The notes under the pieces are model-generated. The model was not told where the DNA came from, searched no databases, and was given only the letters and a program-made list of their open reading frames with translations. Source: Myxococcales bacterium (lineage in GTDB: Bacteria; UBA10199; 2-02-FULL-44-16; JAAZCA01). Taken from it: a stretch of 64,000 bases of DNA. The position numbers and the translations under genes were made by a program. Shown here in pieces: positions 39,293-47,774 of this stretch (position 1 is the first letter of the stretch; the number at the start of each line of letters is the position of its first letter). The DNA lies in the NCBI GenBank assembly GCA_012513515.1, contig JAAZCA010000036.1:9045-73044 (forward strand), in the 5' to 3' direction.

Positions 39293-40159
39293 ATGAAAAA
39301 GACATTTTTGATAGCAGCCATGCTCATGATTGTTATCCCAGCGATGTCGAGCGCGCAGGACTTGGGGAGAATAATAAGTTCTTCAATCGGAGGAATTCAG
39401 CAGATAGCCGAGGCTTCGAAAGACATCACTCCATCCGAGGAGCACTACATCGGGAGGGCGGTGGCCGCCACGATCATTTCCAAATATCCGCTGCTTCAAA
39501 ATCCGGCGCTCAACAGCTATCTGAACAGGGTGGGATTGCTTGTAGCGGCAGCTTCGGAAAGGCCGGAAACCTATGGTGGGTATCATTTCGCCGTTCTAAC
39601 TAGCGATGAACCAAACGCTTATGCCTGCCCCGGCGGAATAATTCTGGTGAACCAGGGACTGCTCAAACAAATAAAAAACGAGGATCAGCTCGCGGCGATT
39701 CTCGCTCACGAGGTCGCGCACGTCGCTCACAGGCATGGAATCAGAGCGATTAAAAAATCGCGTTGGACCAAATTCGGGTTTTACGTCGCAGGCGAGGTTG
39801 GAAGCCAGTACACATCCGACCAGCTTGGCCAGCTTGCGCAGGAGTTTCAAAATGTCGTGATGGATGTTGCGAAGAAAGTCATGGAATCCGGGTACAGCAA
39901 GGGAGATGAGAAAGACGCAGATTCAAGCGGGATGCGCTTTGCCTGGGCCGCCGGTTATAATCCCGGCGAGATGATAGAATTCATCGAGGCGGAGGCACAA
40001 GCAGGGAAAGGTCATCCTGTCGGCCCATTTTCTTCCCATCCGAAACCAGCTGACAGAGTTGCATCCCTCAAGAGGGAACTTTCAGGGCTTTCTCCGACAG
40101 GAAAAACCGAAAAAGTAAGAACTTCGAGATATGTGGCTGCAGTAGGCAATGTGAAATAG
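39293..40159 (+). CDS. M48-family zinc metalloprotease (exported)
   Basis: PNAYACPGG, LAAILAHEVAH, EKDAD, SSHP. Confidence 0.9.
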   Translation: MKKTFLIAAMLMIVIPAMSSAQDLGRIISSSIGGIQQIAEASKDITPSEEHYIGRAVAATIISKYPLLQNPALNSYLNRVGLLVAAASERPETYGGYHFAVLTSDEPNAYACPGGIILVNQGLLKQIKNEDQLAAILAHEVAHVAHRHGIRAIKKSRWTKFGFYVAGEVGSQYTSDQLGQLAQEFQNVVMDVAKKVMESGYSKGDEKDADSSGMRFAWAAGYNPGEMIEFIEAEAQAGKGHPVGPFSSHPKPADRVASLKRELSGLSPTGKTEKVRTSRYVAAVGNVK

Positions 40160-40238
40160 TTTCTTGCGGTGAAACGCTGCCAGCTATTGTGCTTTTTCCG
40201 CCGGATGCTGATCCCATCCTCTAGTCCGATATAGATTT

Positions 40239-41870
40239 TTATTTGCAGAAAACATTCGCAGCTTTTGAGTCGTATCTATATATGTCCCTGCGAAAGTGAC
40301 TTCCATCCTCATCCGCCCATGCAGTCAGATATATTATGTGTATAGGTAACTTTTCGGGAAGAGAGACCATCTGTTCTTTACCGCTCTTTGAAGCTTTTTC
40401 GATGCGATCTCGTTCCCACTTTTTTGTCGGTGAAAGCAGATATTCCGCCAGGTCCAGTGGTTTTTCAATTCTTATGCATCCGTGGCTGAATGCGCGCACA
40501 TCATGTGCGAAAAGAGTTCTTGTGGGTGTGTCGTGAAGATAGACGTTATCCTTGTTAGGAAAAAGGAATTTTATTCCGCCTAGCGCATTTCCAGCTCCGG
40601 GATCCTGAACGAAGTTATATTCAAAGTTGTCTGCGGTCACTGAGTTCCAGTCATAATTTTCGTAATCGATCTCAACTCGTTCCTTCCCGCTTCCGCTGTA
40701 AACACGCATACCGCGTTTGCGAAAAAGTTCGGGGTCTTCCCTCAGCTTACCAAGCTCTTCCTTTACCGCTATAGAGTGTGGCACGTGCCACTTGGGGCTC
40801 ATTACTATGAATTCCATCTCGTCAGACATGATGGGGCTCTTGTCCTTGTAGGTGCCAACGATCGCTCTCATGGAGAGGGCCTTTTTGCCGCGTTCGAATA
40901 AATCCAGTTCAAATCCTGGAATATTTACAACGAGATATTTATTACCGGCGAGGAGTATGTCGTATGCTCTCAGCCTGTCCATGTTCATTTGAATCTGGCA
41001 TATTCTCTCTTCGACTGTTGCGCCTAGCATCTCAATAGTTATCTTGCCGGCGATTCCATCCTCGTTTAGGCCGTATATCCTTTGAAAGGACCTTACCGCC
41101 TCAGCGACTGCCTCGTCATATAGATCCTCATCTTCAGGCGGCACCTTAGGAAGCCGGGCTGCGGCGGATAGCCTCTTTCTGAGATCGATCACGAATGGGT
41201 GCCGTGTTCCTGTTTCCAGCTTTGTATTTTGGGGAAGGTTTGGAAATGGTGGCAGGGTCGGCCATCCACCATCAGTTGCGGATTTTCTGTATTTTTGAAG
41301 AAGATCGCGCAGCATCAGGTACCGGACCGACTTTGGTTTTAGCTGGTCCAATGATTTCCTGACGGAGTTCCGTCCCTCAGCTACCTCTGAGAGCAGCCAC
41401 GACGGATCTGCCCCTTCCGGCTTTGAAAACCAGACGGGTTTCATGCTTTTCACATCCATCAGCCCATTGGAGAGATGGGAGGCGAGCATGAAGTAAGCGT
41501 CGGTAAATAAAAGTTCCAACTCGGTGGAACTTTCCGGCTTGCCGGATAGCTCCTCTATTTTGCCGCGGTGATAAAATTCTGGACGGAGTCCCTCCAGATA
41601 AATCGAGTCGATGGCATTTACCAGTTCCCTTGCGCTTGAGTTGTTCTTTCCATTCTTCGTCCACACCGGCGCAAAATTTCGCGATTCGTAAAAAGGCTTC
41701 ATCTGTGAATATGAGCGAAGTTCCTCACCAGCGGCCCTGTTCGTCCGCAGTGCCGCCTTGATCGCGGCATTTTCCCGAGGGGTTTCAATTGCTACTTCCG
41801 ATGAGGCAACGTAAGGGTGGACCGATGTCAGGGTAAATACCAAGACTAAGAAAAACAGTAGTTTTTTCAT
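40239..41870 (-). CDS. L,D-transpeptidase (YcbB/LdtD-like) with peptidoglycan-binding domain
   Basis: AVRSFQRIYGLNEDG, VNIPGF, NALGGIKFLFPN..VYLHDTP, SHGCIR. Confidence 0.92.
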   Translation of the reverse strand: MKKLLFFLVLVFTLTSVHPYVASSEVAIETPRENAAIKAALRTNRAAGEELRSYSQMKPFYESRNFAPVWTKNGKNNSSARELVNAIDSIYLEGLRPEFYHRGKIEELSGKPESSTELELLFTDAYFMLASHLSNGLMDVKSMKPVWFSKPEGADPSWLLSEVAEGRNSVRKSLDQLKPKSVRYLMLRDLLQKYRKSATDGGWPTLPPFPNLPQNTKLETGTRHPFVIDLRKRLSAAARLPKVPPEDEDLYDEAVAEAVRSFQRIYGLNEDGIAGKITIEMLGATVEERICQIQMNMDRLRAYDILLAGNKYLVVNIPGFELDLFERGKKALSMRAIVGTYKDKSPIMSDEMEFIVMSPKWHVPHSIAVKEELGKLREDPELFRKRGMRVYSGSGKERVEIDYENYDWNSVTADNFEYNFVQDPGAGNALGGIKFLFPNKDNVYLHDTPTRTLFAHDVRAFSHGCIRIEKPLDLAEYLLSPTKKWERDRIEKASKSGKEQMVSLPEKLPIHIIYLTAWADEDGSHFRRDIYRYDSKAANVFCK

Positions 41871-41907
41871 CCCGGCGATAATAGCGAATTTTTGAGGAGT
41901 TGTCTAT

Positions 41908-42609
41908 CTAGCGGCGTCTTCCAAGGAGGCGAAGCAGCATCAAAAAGAGATTTATGAAATCCAGGTAGAGTCGAAGGGCTCCGATTATCGCCCCTTTCTG
42001 TTCCTCGCTGCTTTCGGGGTTAAGAAACCTCGCCATCTGCTTTATCTTCTGTGCGTCATAGGCGGTAAGCCCTACGAATACGAGCACGCCTATGTAAGTA
42101 GTAGCTGTGTAGATGAATGTGCTTTTTACGAAGATATTTACCACCGAGGCTATGATGATGCCTATGAGCCCCATGAATGCCAGGTTGCCCATGCTGGTGA
42201 GATCCTTCTTCGTCAAGTAGCCGTAAAAGCTCATAGCGCCAAACGTGCCTGCGGTTATCACGAAAGTGGAAGTCAGGGATTCATGCGTGTACACGAGAAA
42301 TATCGATGAAAGAGTTATGCCGGTGAGGGCAGAGTAGAGGAAGAACATCGCCGTGGCGACCGTTGTGGATAGCTTGTTTATCGCCGCTGAAAGACCTATG
42401 ACGAGTCCCAGCTGGGCTATGACGAGGATCATTAGTGTGCCGGGGCTTTGGAATATCCTCCGAAGCAGCGCTTCGTTGGAGACCACGTAATACGATACGA
42501 AGCCCGTTGTCAGCAGCGCCGCGCACATCCATCCGTAGACCTTTGTGACAAATCTCTGTACCGACGATTTGGATTCCTCCTGAGATCCGGCAAATGCTTG
42601 ATAGTCCAT
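41908..42609 (-). CDS. Bax inhibitor-1/YccA family membrane protein
   Basis: FVTKVYGWM, 7 TM, AYDAQKIK, ALRLYLDFINLF. Confidence 0.93.
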   Translation of the reverse strand: MDYQAFAGSQEESKSSVQRFVTKVYGWMCAALLTTGFVSYYVVSNEALLRRIFQSPGTLMILVIAQLGLVIGLSAAINKLSTTVATAMFFLYSALTGITLSSIFLVYTHESLTSTFVITAGTFGAMSFYGYLTKKDLTSMGNLAFMGLIGIIIASVVNIFVKSTFIYTATTYIGVLVFVGLTAYDAQKIKQMARFLNPESSEEQKGAIIGALRLYLDFINLFLMLLRLLGRRR

Positions 42610-42674
42610 ATCTCCCTCCACTTAAGTACAGACATTAGGATAGGTATAATGCGGATATGAAACAAGTGGCGCGG

Positions 42675-43130
42675 CTATTCTGTGTCTGGCTGAATAATCT
42701 TCAGTTCCACTCGCCTGTTCTGTTCCCTCCCTGCGGCAGTGCTATTTGAAGCTACAGGGTTCTTCTCTCCAAAGCCTACGATCTGCATCCTGTCAGTTTC
42801 TATGCCATTGTCGATCATGTAATTGAATACGGTTGTGGCGCGGCGAACCGAGAGAACTTGGTTGTACTCGTCGCTGCCGATGCTGTCGGTATGACCTTCT
42901 ATCGAAATGACGAGTTTTTTATCCTTCTTCAAAAGTTCGATGTCCTCGGAAAGTATCTTAATGCCATCCTTGCGGAGCTGATATTTATCGAAGTCGAAGT
43001 GGACCCCTCTCAGGGTGGTTACCTTGACGACTTTGCCGCAGTATTTGCAGCGGGCTTCCATCTTCTGGCAGCCCATGTAAAATGCCCCGAGTACCGCTAC
43101 TGCAGCCATAAGCACTAAAGCTCTTTTCAT
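42675..43130 (-). CDS. OmpA-family lipoprotein
   Basis: MGC lipobox-like, FDFDK, IEGHTDSIGSDEYNQVLS.RRA, NRRVE. Confidence 0.92.
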   Translation of the reverse strand: MKRALVLMAAVAVLGAFYMGCQKMEARCKYCGKVVKVTTLRGVHFDFDKYQLRKDGIKILSEDIELLKKDKKLVISIEGHTDSIGSDEYNQVLSVRRATTVFNYMIDNGIETDRMQIVGFGEKNPVASNSTAAGREQNRRVELKIIQPDTE

Positions 43131-43375
43131 CGCGCCCTCCATTTAGTTCAATTTTATGCCCTGCCGGTGGCACCTGGCGGCCTTCCGGTGGGTGCGGAGA
43201 GGTATTCCAATCTTTTGTTTAGAATTCAACCGTTAATTTGACTTTGAGGGGCTTTTGTCGATTTTATGGCGATCCCGGGGAGGCCCGCTGATCAGCGCAG
43301 ATAGGGGCTTTACAGCCGAATTTTCATGGTCTATAGCCGAAATGTATAGGCTTGGAGAGCAAAAGGGGGGGAGAT

Positions 43376-45028
43376 ATGAATAGATTTGCCCTTGTAGCGG
43401 TTGCCGCTGTTTTCATCTTTGGAGCGGCTGCGTCCGCCTCCACAGGTATGGAGGATCTCATGACCGTGAAAACCCAGCTGGACAAGTTTTCTCCCGTCAC
43501 GATCAAGGTCGATTCCAAACTCCTCGATGCCAGACAGAAAAAGATGGTCAAGGAGCTTGTTGCTGCCGCGGATTACATTGACAAGATCTTCCTGATGCAG
43601 GTCTATGAAAACAACTATGAGATCAAAAAGAAACTCGAGGCATCGAAAGGCAAAAAATCTGCCCTGCTGGAATATTTCAAAATAAATTACGGCCCTTTCG
43701 ACAGGCTCGATCACGATAAACCTTTTGTCGAAGGGGTAGGATTCAAGCCGCTTGGTGCCAATTTCTATCCCTCGGATATGACCAAAGATGAGTTCGAAAA
43801 GTGGTTGAAGAAGCATCCGAAAGACAGGCCTGCCTTTGAGAGCAATTTTACGGTGATAAAACGGGATGACAAAAGATTGATCGCCGTTCCCTATTCGGTG
43901 GAATACAAAGATTTCCTTGAGCCCGCGGCGGACCATCTTCGCAAAGCGGCCAAATATGCGGATAATGCGACGTTGAAAAAATATCTACTCAGCCGCGCAG
44001 ATTCGTTTTTGTCGAACGATTACTACCAAAGCGATGTCGATTGGGTCCGTATGAAAGATCACGATATCGAGGTCGTGATAGGGCCGTACGAGGTCTATGA
44101 AGATTCCCTTTTCGGATACAAGGCCGCCTTTGAGGCCTTTGTAACGCGCGTTGATCCCAAGGAGAGCGAGAGGCTTGCCAAGGTCGTTGCCTATATGGGC
44201 GACCTCGAAAAAAATCTTCCAATCGACGACAGGTACAAGGGGCTAGGGCGTAATCTCGAATCGCCGATAATCGTCGCTCAGGAGATATACACCGCTGGCG
44301 ATACAAGAGCCGGCGTGCAGACCCTCGCCTTCAACCTCCCCAACGATGAACGCGTCCGTAAGGAGGAGGGGAGCAAAAAGGTGATGCTTAAGAACGTCCA
44401 GACGGCGAAATTCAACAAGGTTCTGATCCCTATTGCTAAAAAAGTTCTCGATCCGAAGGATGTGGCAAATGTCGATTACGAGGCGTTCTTTGCGCATACG
44501 CTACTCCACGAAGTTTCCCACGGAATAGGGCCCGGGGAGATTGTAAAAAATGGAAGAAAGACAACCGTCAATAAGGAGCTCAAGGAGCTATACTCGGTAA
44601 TAGAGGAGGCCAAGGCTGATGTCCTTGGTGCCTATAACAACGTCTATCTCACGAAGAAGGGGCTCTACGAGAAAAACTTCATCGATGTGATATGGCCCAC
44701 CTATCTAGCCGGGATGTTTCGCTCGGTCCGCTTCGGAATAAACGAGGCGCATGGCGGGGCCAACGCCATTCAGTTCAGCTATCTATTGGACAAGGGGGCC
44801 GTGAAGTATAATGAGAAGACTGGGCTCTTTTCTATCGACGAAACGAAGATAGATTCGGCGGTGAGGTCTCTGGCCTCAGAACTTCTCATGATCGAGGCCA
44901 GGGGTGACTACGAGTCGGCCAAAAAATTCGTAGCCAAGTACAGGAAGATGCCCGAGTCCATGAAGAATGCGATATCCAGGCTTGATTCTGTGCCGGTAGA
45001 TATAAAGCCTACCTACGCTATCAAGTAG
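43376..45028 (+). CDS. Exported M49-family (dipeptidyl-peptidase III-like) peptidase
   Basis: Signal peptide, IGPYEVYED, AFNLPNDERV, HEVSH, EEAKAD. Confidence 0.88.
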   Translation: MNRFALVAVAAVFIFGAAASASTGMEDLMTVKTQLDKFSPVTIKVDSKLLDARQKKMVKELVAAADYIDKIFLMQVYENNYEIKKKLEASKGKKSALLEYFKINYGPFDRLDHDKPFVEGVGFKPLGANFYPSDMTKDEFEKWLKKHPKDRPAFESNFTVIKRDDKRLIAVPYSVEYKDFLEPAADHLRKAAKYADNATLKKYLLSRADSFLSNDYYQSDVDWVRMKDHDIEVVIGPYEVYEDSLFGYKAAFEAFVTRVDPKESERLAKVVAYMGDLEKNLPIDDRYKGLGRNLESPIIVAQEIYTAGDTRAGVQTLAFNLPNDERVRKEEGSKKVMLKNVQTAKFNKVLIPIAKKVLDPKDVANVDYEAFFAHTLLHEVSHGIGPGEIVKNGRKTTVNKELKELYSVIEEAKADVLGAYNNVYLTKKGLYEKNFIDVIWPTYLAGMFRSVRFGINEAHGGANAIQFSYLLDKGAVKYNEKTGLFSIDETKIDSAVRSLASELLMIEARGDYESAKKFVAKYRKMPESMKNAISRLDSVPVDIKPTYAIK

Positions 45029-45221
45029 GTTTGATGTGAGGCTCCTGGTGGGAGAGACCTTCACCCGAATTTACAGGCGATCTGTTACACTAACTTATTC
45101 CACGTCAGCTTTTGCCGATGACAGAGAGTAGATATCAGAGGGCTGCCCGCGCCAAAGGAAAGGAAGTCTGGTACGGCGACCTTGCTAGTAACGGCATCTT
45201 ATGATTTGCTGATGGGTATAG

Positions 45222-46112
45222 TTAAATTTTTATCGCCGGGGTGGATCCTGGCGGGCTCTGCTTTTTCGGAGCGTTGAGCATGATGGCTATTCCCGATCCG
45301 ACTATTATGCAGGCTCCGGCAATGGATATTGCATCCGGAATTTCAGAAAATATCAGCAATCCTGCGATGTACGATCCGATCACGAATGTGTAGTTAAAGG
45401 GCGCTATGGTCGCCGCTTGTCCGAGTTTGTAGGCCTTCGTCAGAAATATCTGGGCCAGGGATATCATTAATCCGATGAATCCTAGCAGTGCCCATTCAAT
45501 CGGTGTGGGCGGGACATATGTCGCTATTGCCATCGGAGCGCTGGCGATGGCTGTAAAAATTGTGAAATAAAGCGCGATTACCCACGATGAATCTTTTTCA
45601 TGTATCTTTCTTATGCAAATCATGGATATCGAAGATATGAAACCTGCCAGAAGTGCATAGACCGACATCGTTTGAACGATGCCGGAGGTCGGCTTCAATA
45701 TCATCAGTATGCCGGCAAAAGCCGTTATGATGAATATAAACTGTTTTCTTCCGAATGGTTCGCGCAGCAGGGGAGGCGCAAGCAGGGCGACAAATATCGG
45801 AAGGGTGTTAAATAGAGAGGCTGCGTCACCCATCTCCATGCGTACGATCGCATGGAACGACAATATCATTGCGATATATCCAAAAAACGAGCGCAAAAAA
45901 ACCATCTTTTTCGCGTTCACACGCAATGTCCTGACCCGCCAGAGCGTAGCGGGGAGGAGTATTGAGAGAGAAAAAAAACCGCGGAAGAAAAGTACTTCGA
46001 ACAGCGGGAGTCTTTGTCCTATATGTTTGACTGCGCTCCAAGCTCCTACAAAGCAGATCTGCGCCAATATCATGAGTATGATGCCGCGCCTTGTTGTATA
46101 TCTCGTTGTCAT
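45222..46112 (-). CDS. DMT/EamA family transporter
   Basis: 10 TM, two EamA repeats (PIFVALLA..LLRE, IAPFNY..LIFSE). Confidence 0.88.
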   Translation of the reverse strand: MTTRYTTRRGIILMILAQICFVGAWSAVKHIGQRLPLFEVLFFRGFFSLSILLPATLWRVRTLRVNAKKMVFLRSFFGYIAMILSFHAIVRMEMGDAASLFNTLPIFVALLAPPLLREPFGRKQFIFIITAFAGILMILKPTSGIVQTMSVYALLAGFISSISMICIRKIHEKDSSWVIALYFTIFTAIASAPMAIATYVPPTPIEWALLGFIGLMISLAQIFLTKAYKLGQAATIAPFNYTFVIGSYIAGLLIFSEIPDAISIAGACIIVGSGIAIMLNAPKKQSPPGSTPAIKI

Positions 46113-47035
46113 CTTATTTCAAACGCCGCACTTTCTTTTATCGCAGGCATCGATTCCGGCATCTCGCCGCAGAACCCCACAGAGATCCTGTAGCGGCCCG
46201 AGGATATTTTTTCCGGCAGATCCAGGGAGATCCCTGTCATTTCATCTATATTCTTCATCGAAACGCATTCTGCGCCAGAATTGCTCGAAAACTTTGCGCG
46301 TATGGTTTTTTTCAATTTCCATTTGTCCGATCGCGAGAGTTCCTCCAGACTGAAGTTGGGAGAGGCAGAAACGGGGAAAAGGGTTGCTCTGGTGAGTCTG
46401 ACTTTTATCGTTTCGCCGGGTTTGTATATGTCTTTGTCCAAAACTATTTCTATGAGCTTATTATCATCCGAGATGTCGGTGCCGACCCCTGAGGTGGTCT
46501 CATCCCAGAATCTCGCCGGTCCGCTATCTACATGTACTGAGGTCCCATGGTAATAGCCTGCTCCTCCGAAATTATTCTCCCTTATGAAATGCCATAGGTC
46601 TTCAGCCCGAACTCCATCTATCTTTATGTCCGCCGCCATCCCGTACTGATGGAGACTAGCCTTGGCAGCAAGTCGTCCTTTGTTTCTGAGACCGGTATTG
46701 TAAGATGGGCTTCTATATCCTGATATTATTGTGATTTTTGCCTTAGGATTGTAGTGATCTTGAATATAATCGAGATATTCTATGAATCGTGTTGAAATTT
46801 CTGATCCAGGAATTCCGTATTTGGCGGAAAAGACCGAATGTATTTTTTCCATGGCCGAGGGGTCGTAGGTGCCGTCGGCAAGCCTGTATGTTCCGTTGAA
46901 TGATATTCCATTTTTAGCTCCAACGATGTTGATTTTTCCGTCTCCTGAAAAGAAATATCGGGTTTGACCAAGACCTCTCGCAGATAGGGATGTCGCTACG
47001 AGAAGGAGGGCTGCGATGATCATTGTTTTTTTCAC
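46109..47035 (-). CDS. YcbK/DUF882 (peptidase M15A, MepK-like) protein with C-terminal extension
   Basis: IISGYRSPSYN, ASLHQYGMAAD, GGAGYY, VHVDSG. Confidence 0.88.
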   Translation of the reverse strand: MKKTMIIAALLLVATSLSARGLGQTRYFFSGDGKINIVGAKNGISFNGTYRLADGTYDPSAMEKIHSVFSAKYGIPGSEISTRFIEYLDYIQDHYNPKAKITIISGYRSPSYNTGLRNKGRLAAKASLHQYGMAADIKIDGVRAEDLWHFIRENNFGGAGYYHGTSVHVDSGPARFWDETTSGVGTDISDDNKLIEIVLDKDIYKPGETIKVRLTRATLFPVSASPNFSLEELSRSDKWKLKKTIRAKFSSNSGAECVSMKNIDEMTGISLDLPEKISSGRYRISVGFCGEMPESMPAIKESAAFEIR

Positions 47036-47126
47036 GCTGGCAGGATAGATTGAATGCCAGCGAAGTCAAGGAGTCTTAGGATCCCATTCTGCAAGAGTGC
47101 GCTCGATTTGATCGGTGGAGGTTCTC

Positions 47127-47582
47127 ATGAAAGAAAAAACGGTTTCAATGAAGAAAAAAAAGAGAATTGCGCTCATAGCCCATGATAATAAAAAAGATAC
47201 GATACTCCAGTGGGCGAGGTTTAACAGAGAGCTTCTGGCCGAACACGAGCTGTACGGAACAGGAACTACCGGGTCCCTCATAGCCAGGGAACTTTGTCTG
47301 GGCGTGCACTGCTTCAAGAGCGGACCCCTAGGAGGGGACCAGCAAGTAGGGGCAAAAATTTCAGAAGGTGAACTCGACTGTATAATATTCTTTTGGGATC
47401 CCCTTTCACCCCATCCTCATGATGTGGATGTCAAAGCGCTTCTCAGGATCGCTGTTGTATACAATGTTCCAATTGCATGCAATCGCTCCAGCGCCGACTT
47501 CATAATATCTTCGCAGCTCATGAATGATAAATACGAAAGGATTACGCCTGACTTCGATACCCTGATTCCAGGGCATAGCTGA
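47127..47582 (+). CDS. mgsA: Methylglyoxal synthase
   Basis: IALIAHDNKK, TGTTG, SGPLGGDQQ, FFWDP..PHDVDV. Confidence 0.96.
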   Translation: MKEKTVSMKKKKRIALIAHDNKKDTILQWARFNRELLAEHELYGTGTTGSLIARELCLGVHCFKSGPLGGDQQVGAKISEGELDCIIFFWDPLSPHPHDVDVKALLRIAVVYNVPIACNRSSADFIISSQLMNDKYERITPDFDTLIPGHS

Positions 47583-47722
47583 CAGGATGTAGTATGCGCA
47601 TTCCGGTTGTAATGGGAAGTTACAGGAAGGGTAAATGCGTCGATACGCTCGTGGAGAGAGTTGTCGGGGGCTTTCATGCGATGGCGTTATGATGGGCGAG
47701 CTCGTTCTCTTAGGCAAGGATG

Positions 47723-47750
47723 AAAAAAGCCCCCCGCAAGGGGGGCTTTT
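47723..47750. terminator. Bidirectional intrinsic terminator
   Basis: AAAAAAGCCCCCC-GCAA-GGGGGGCTTTT between convergent genes. Confidence 0.85.
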
Positions 47751-47774
47751 AACGTCAAGCGATATTAGAAATCG

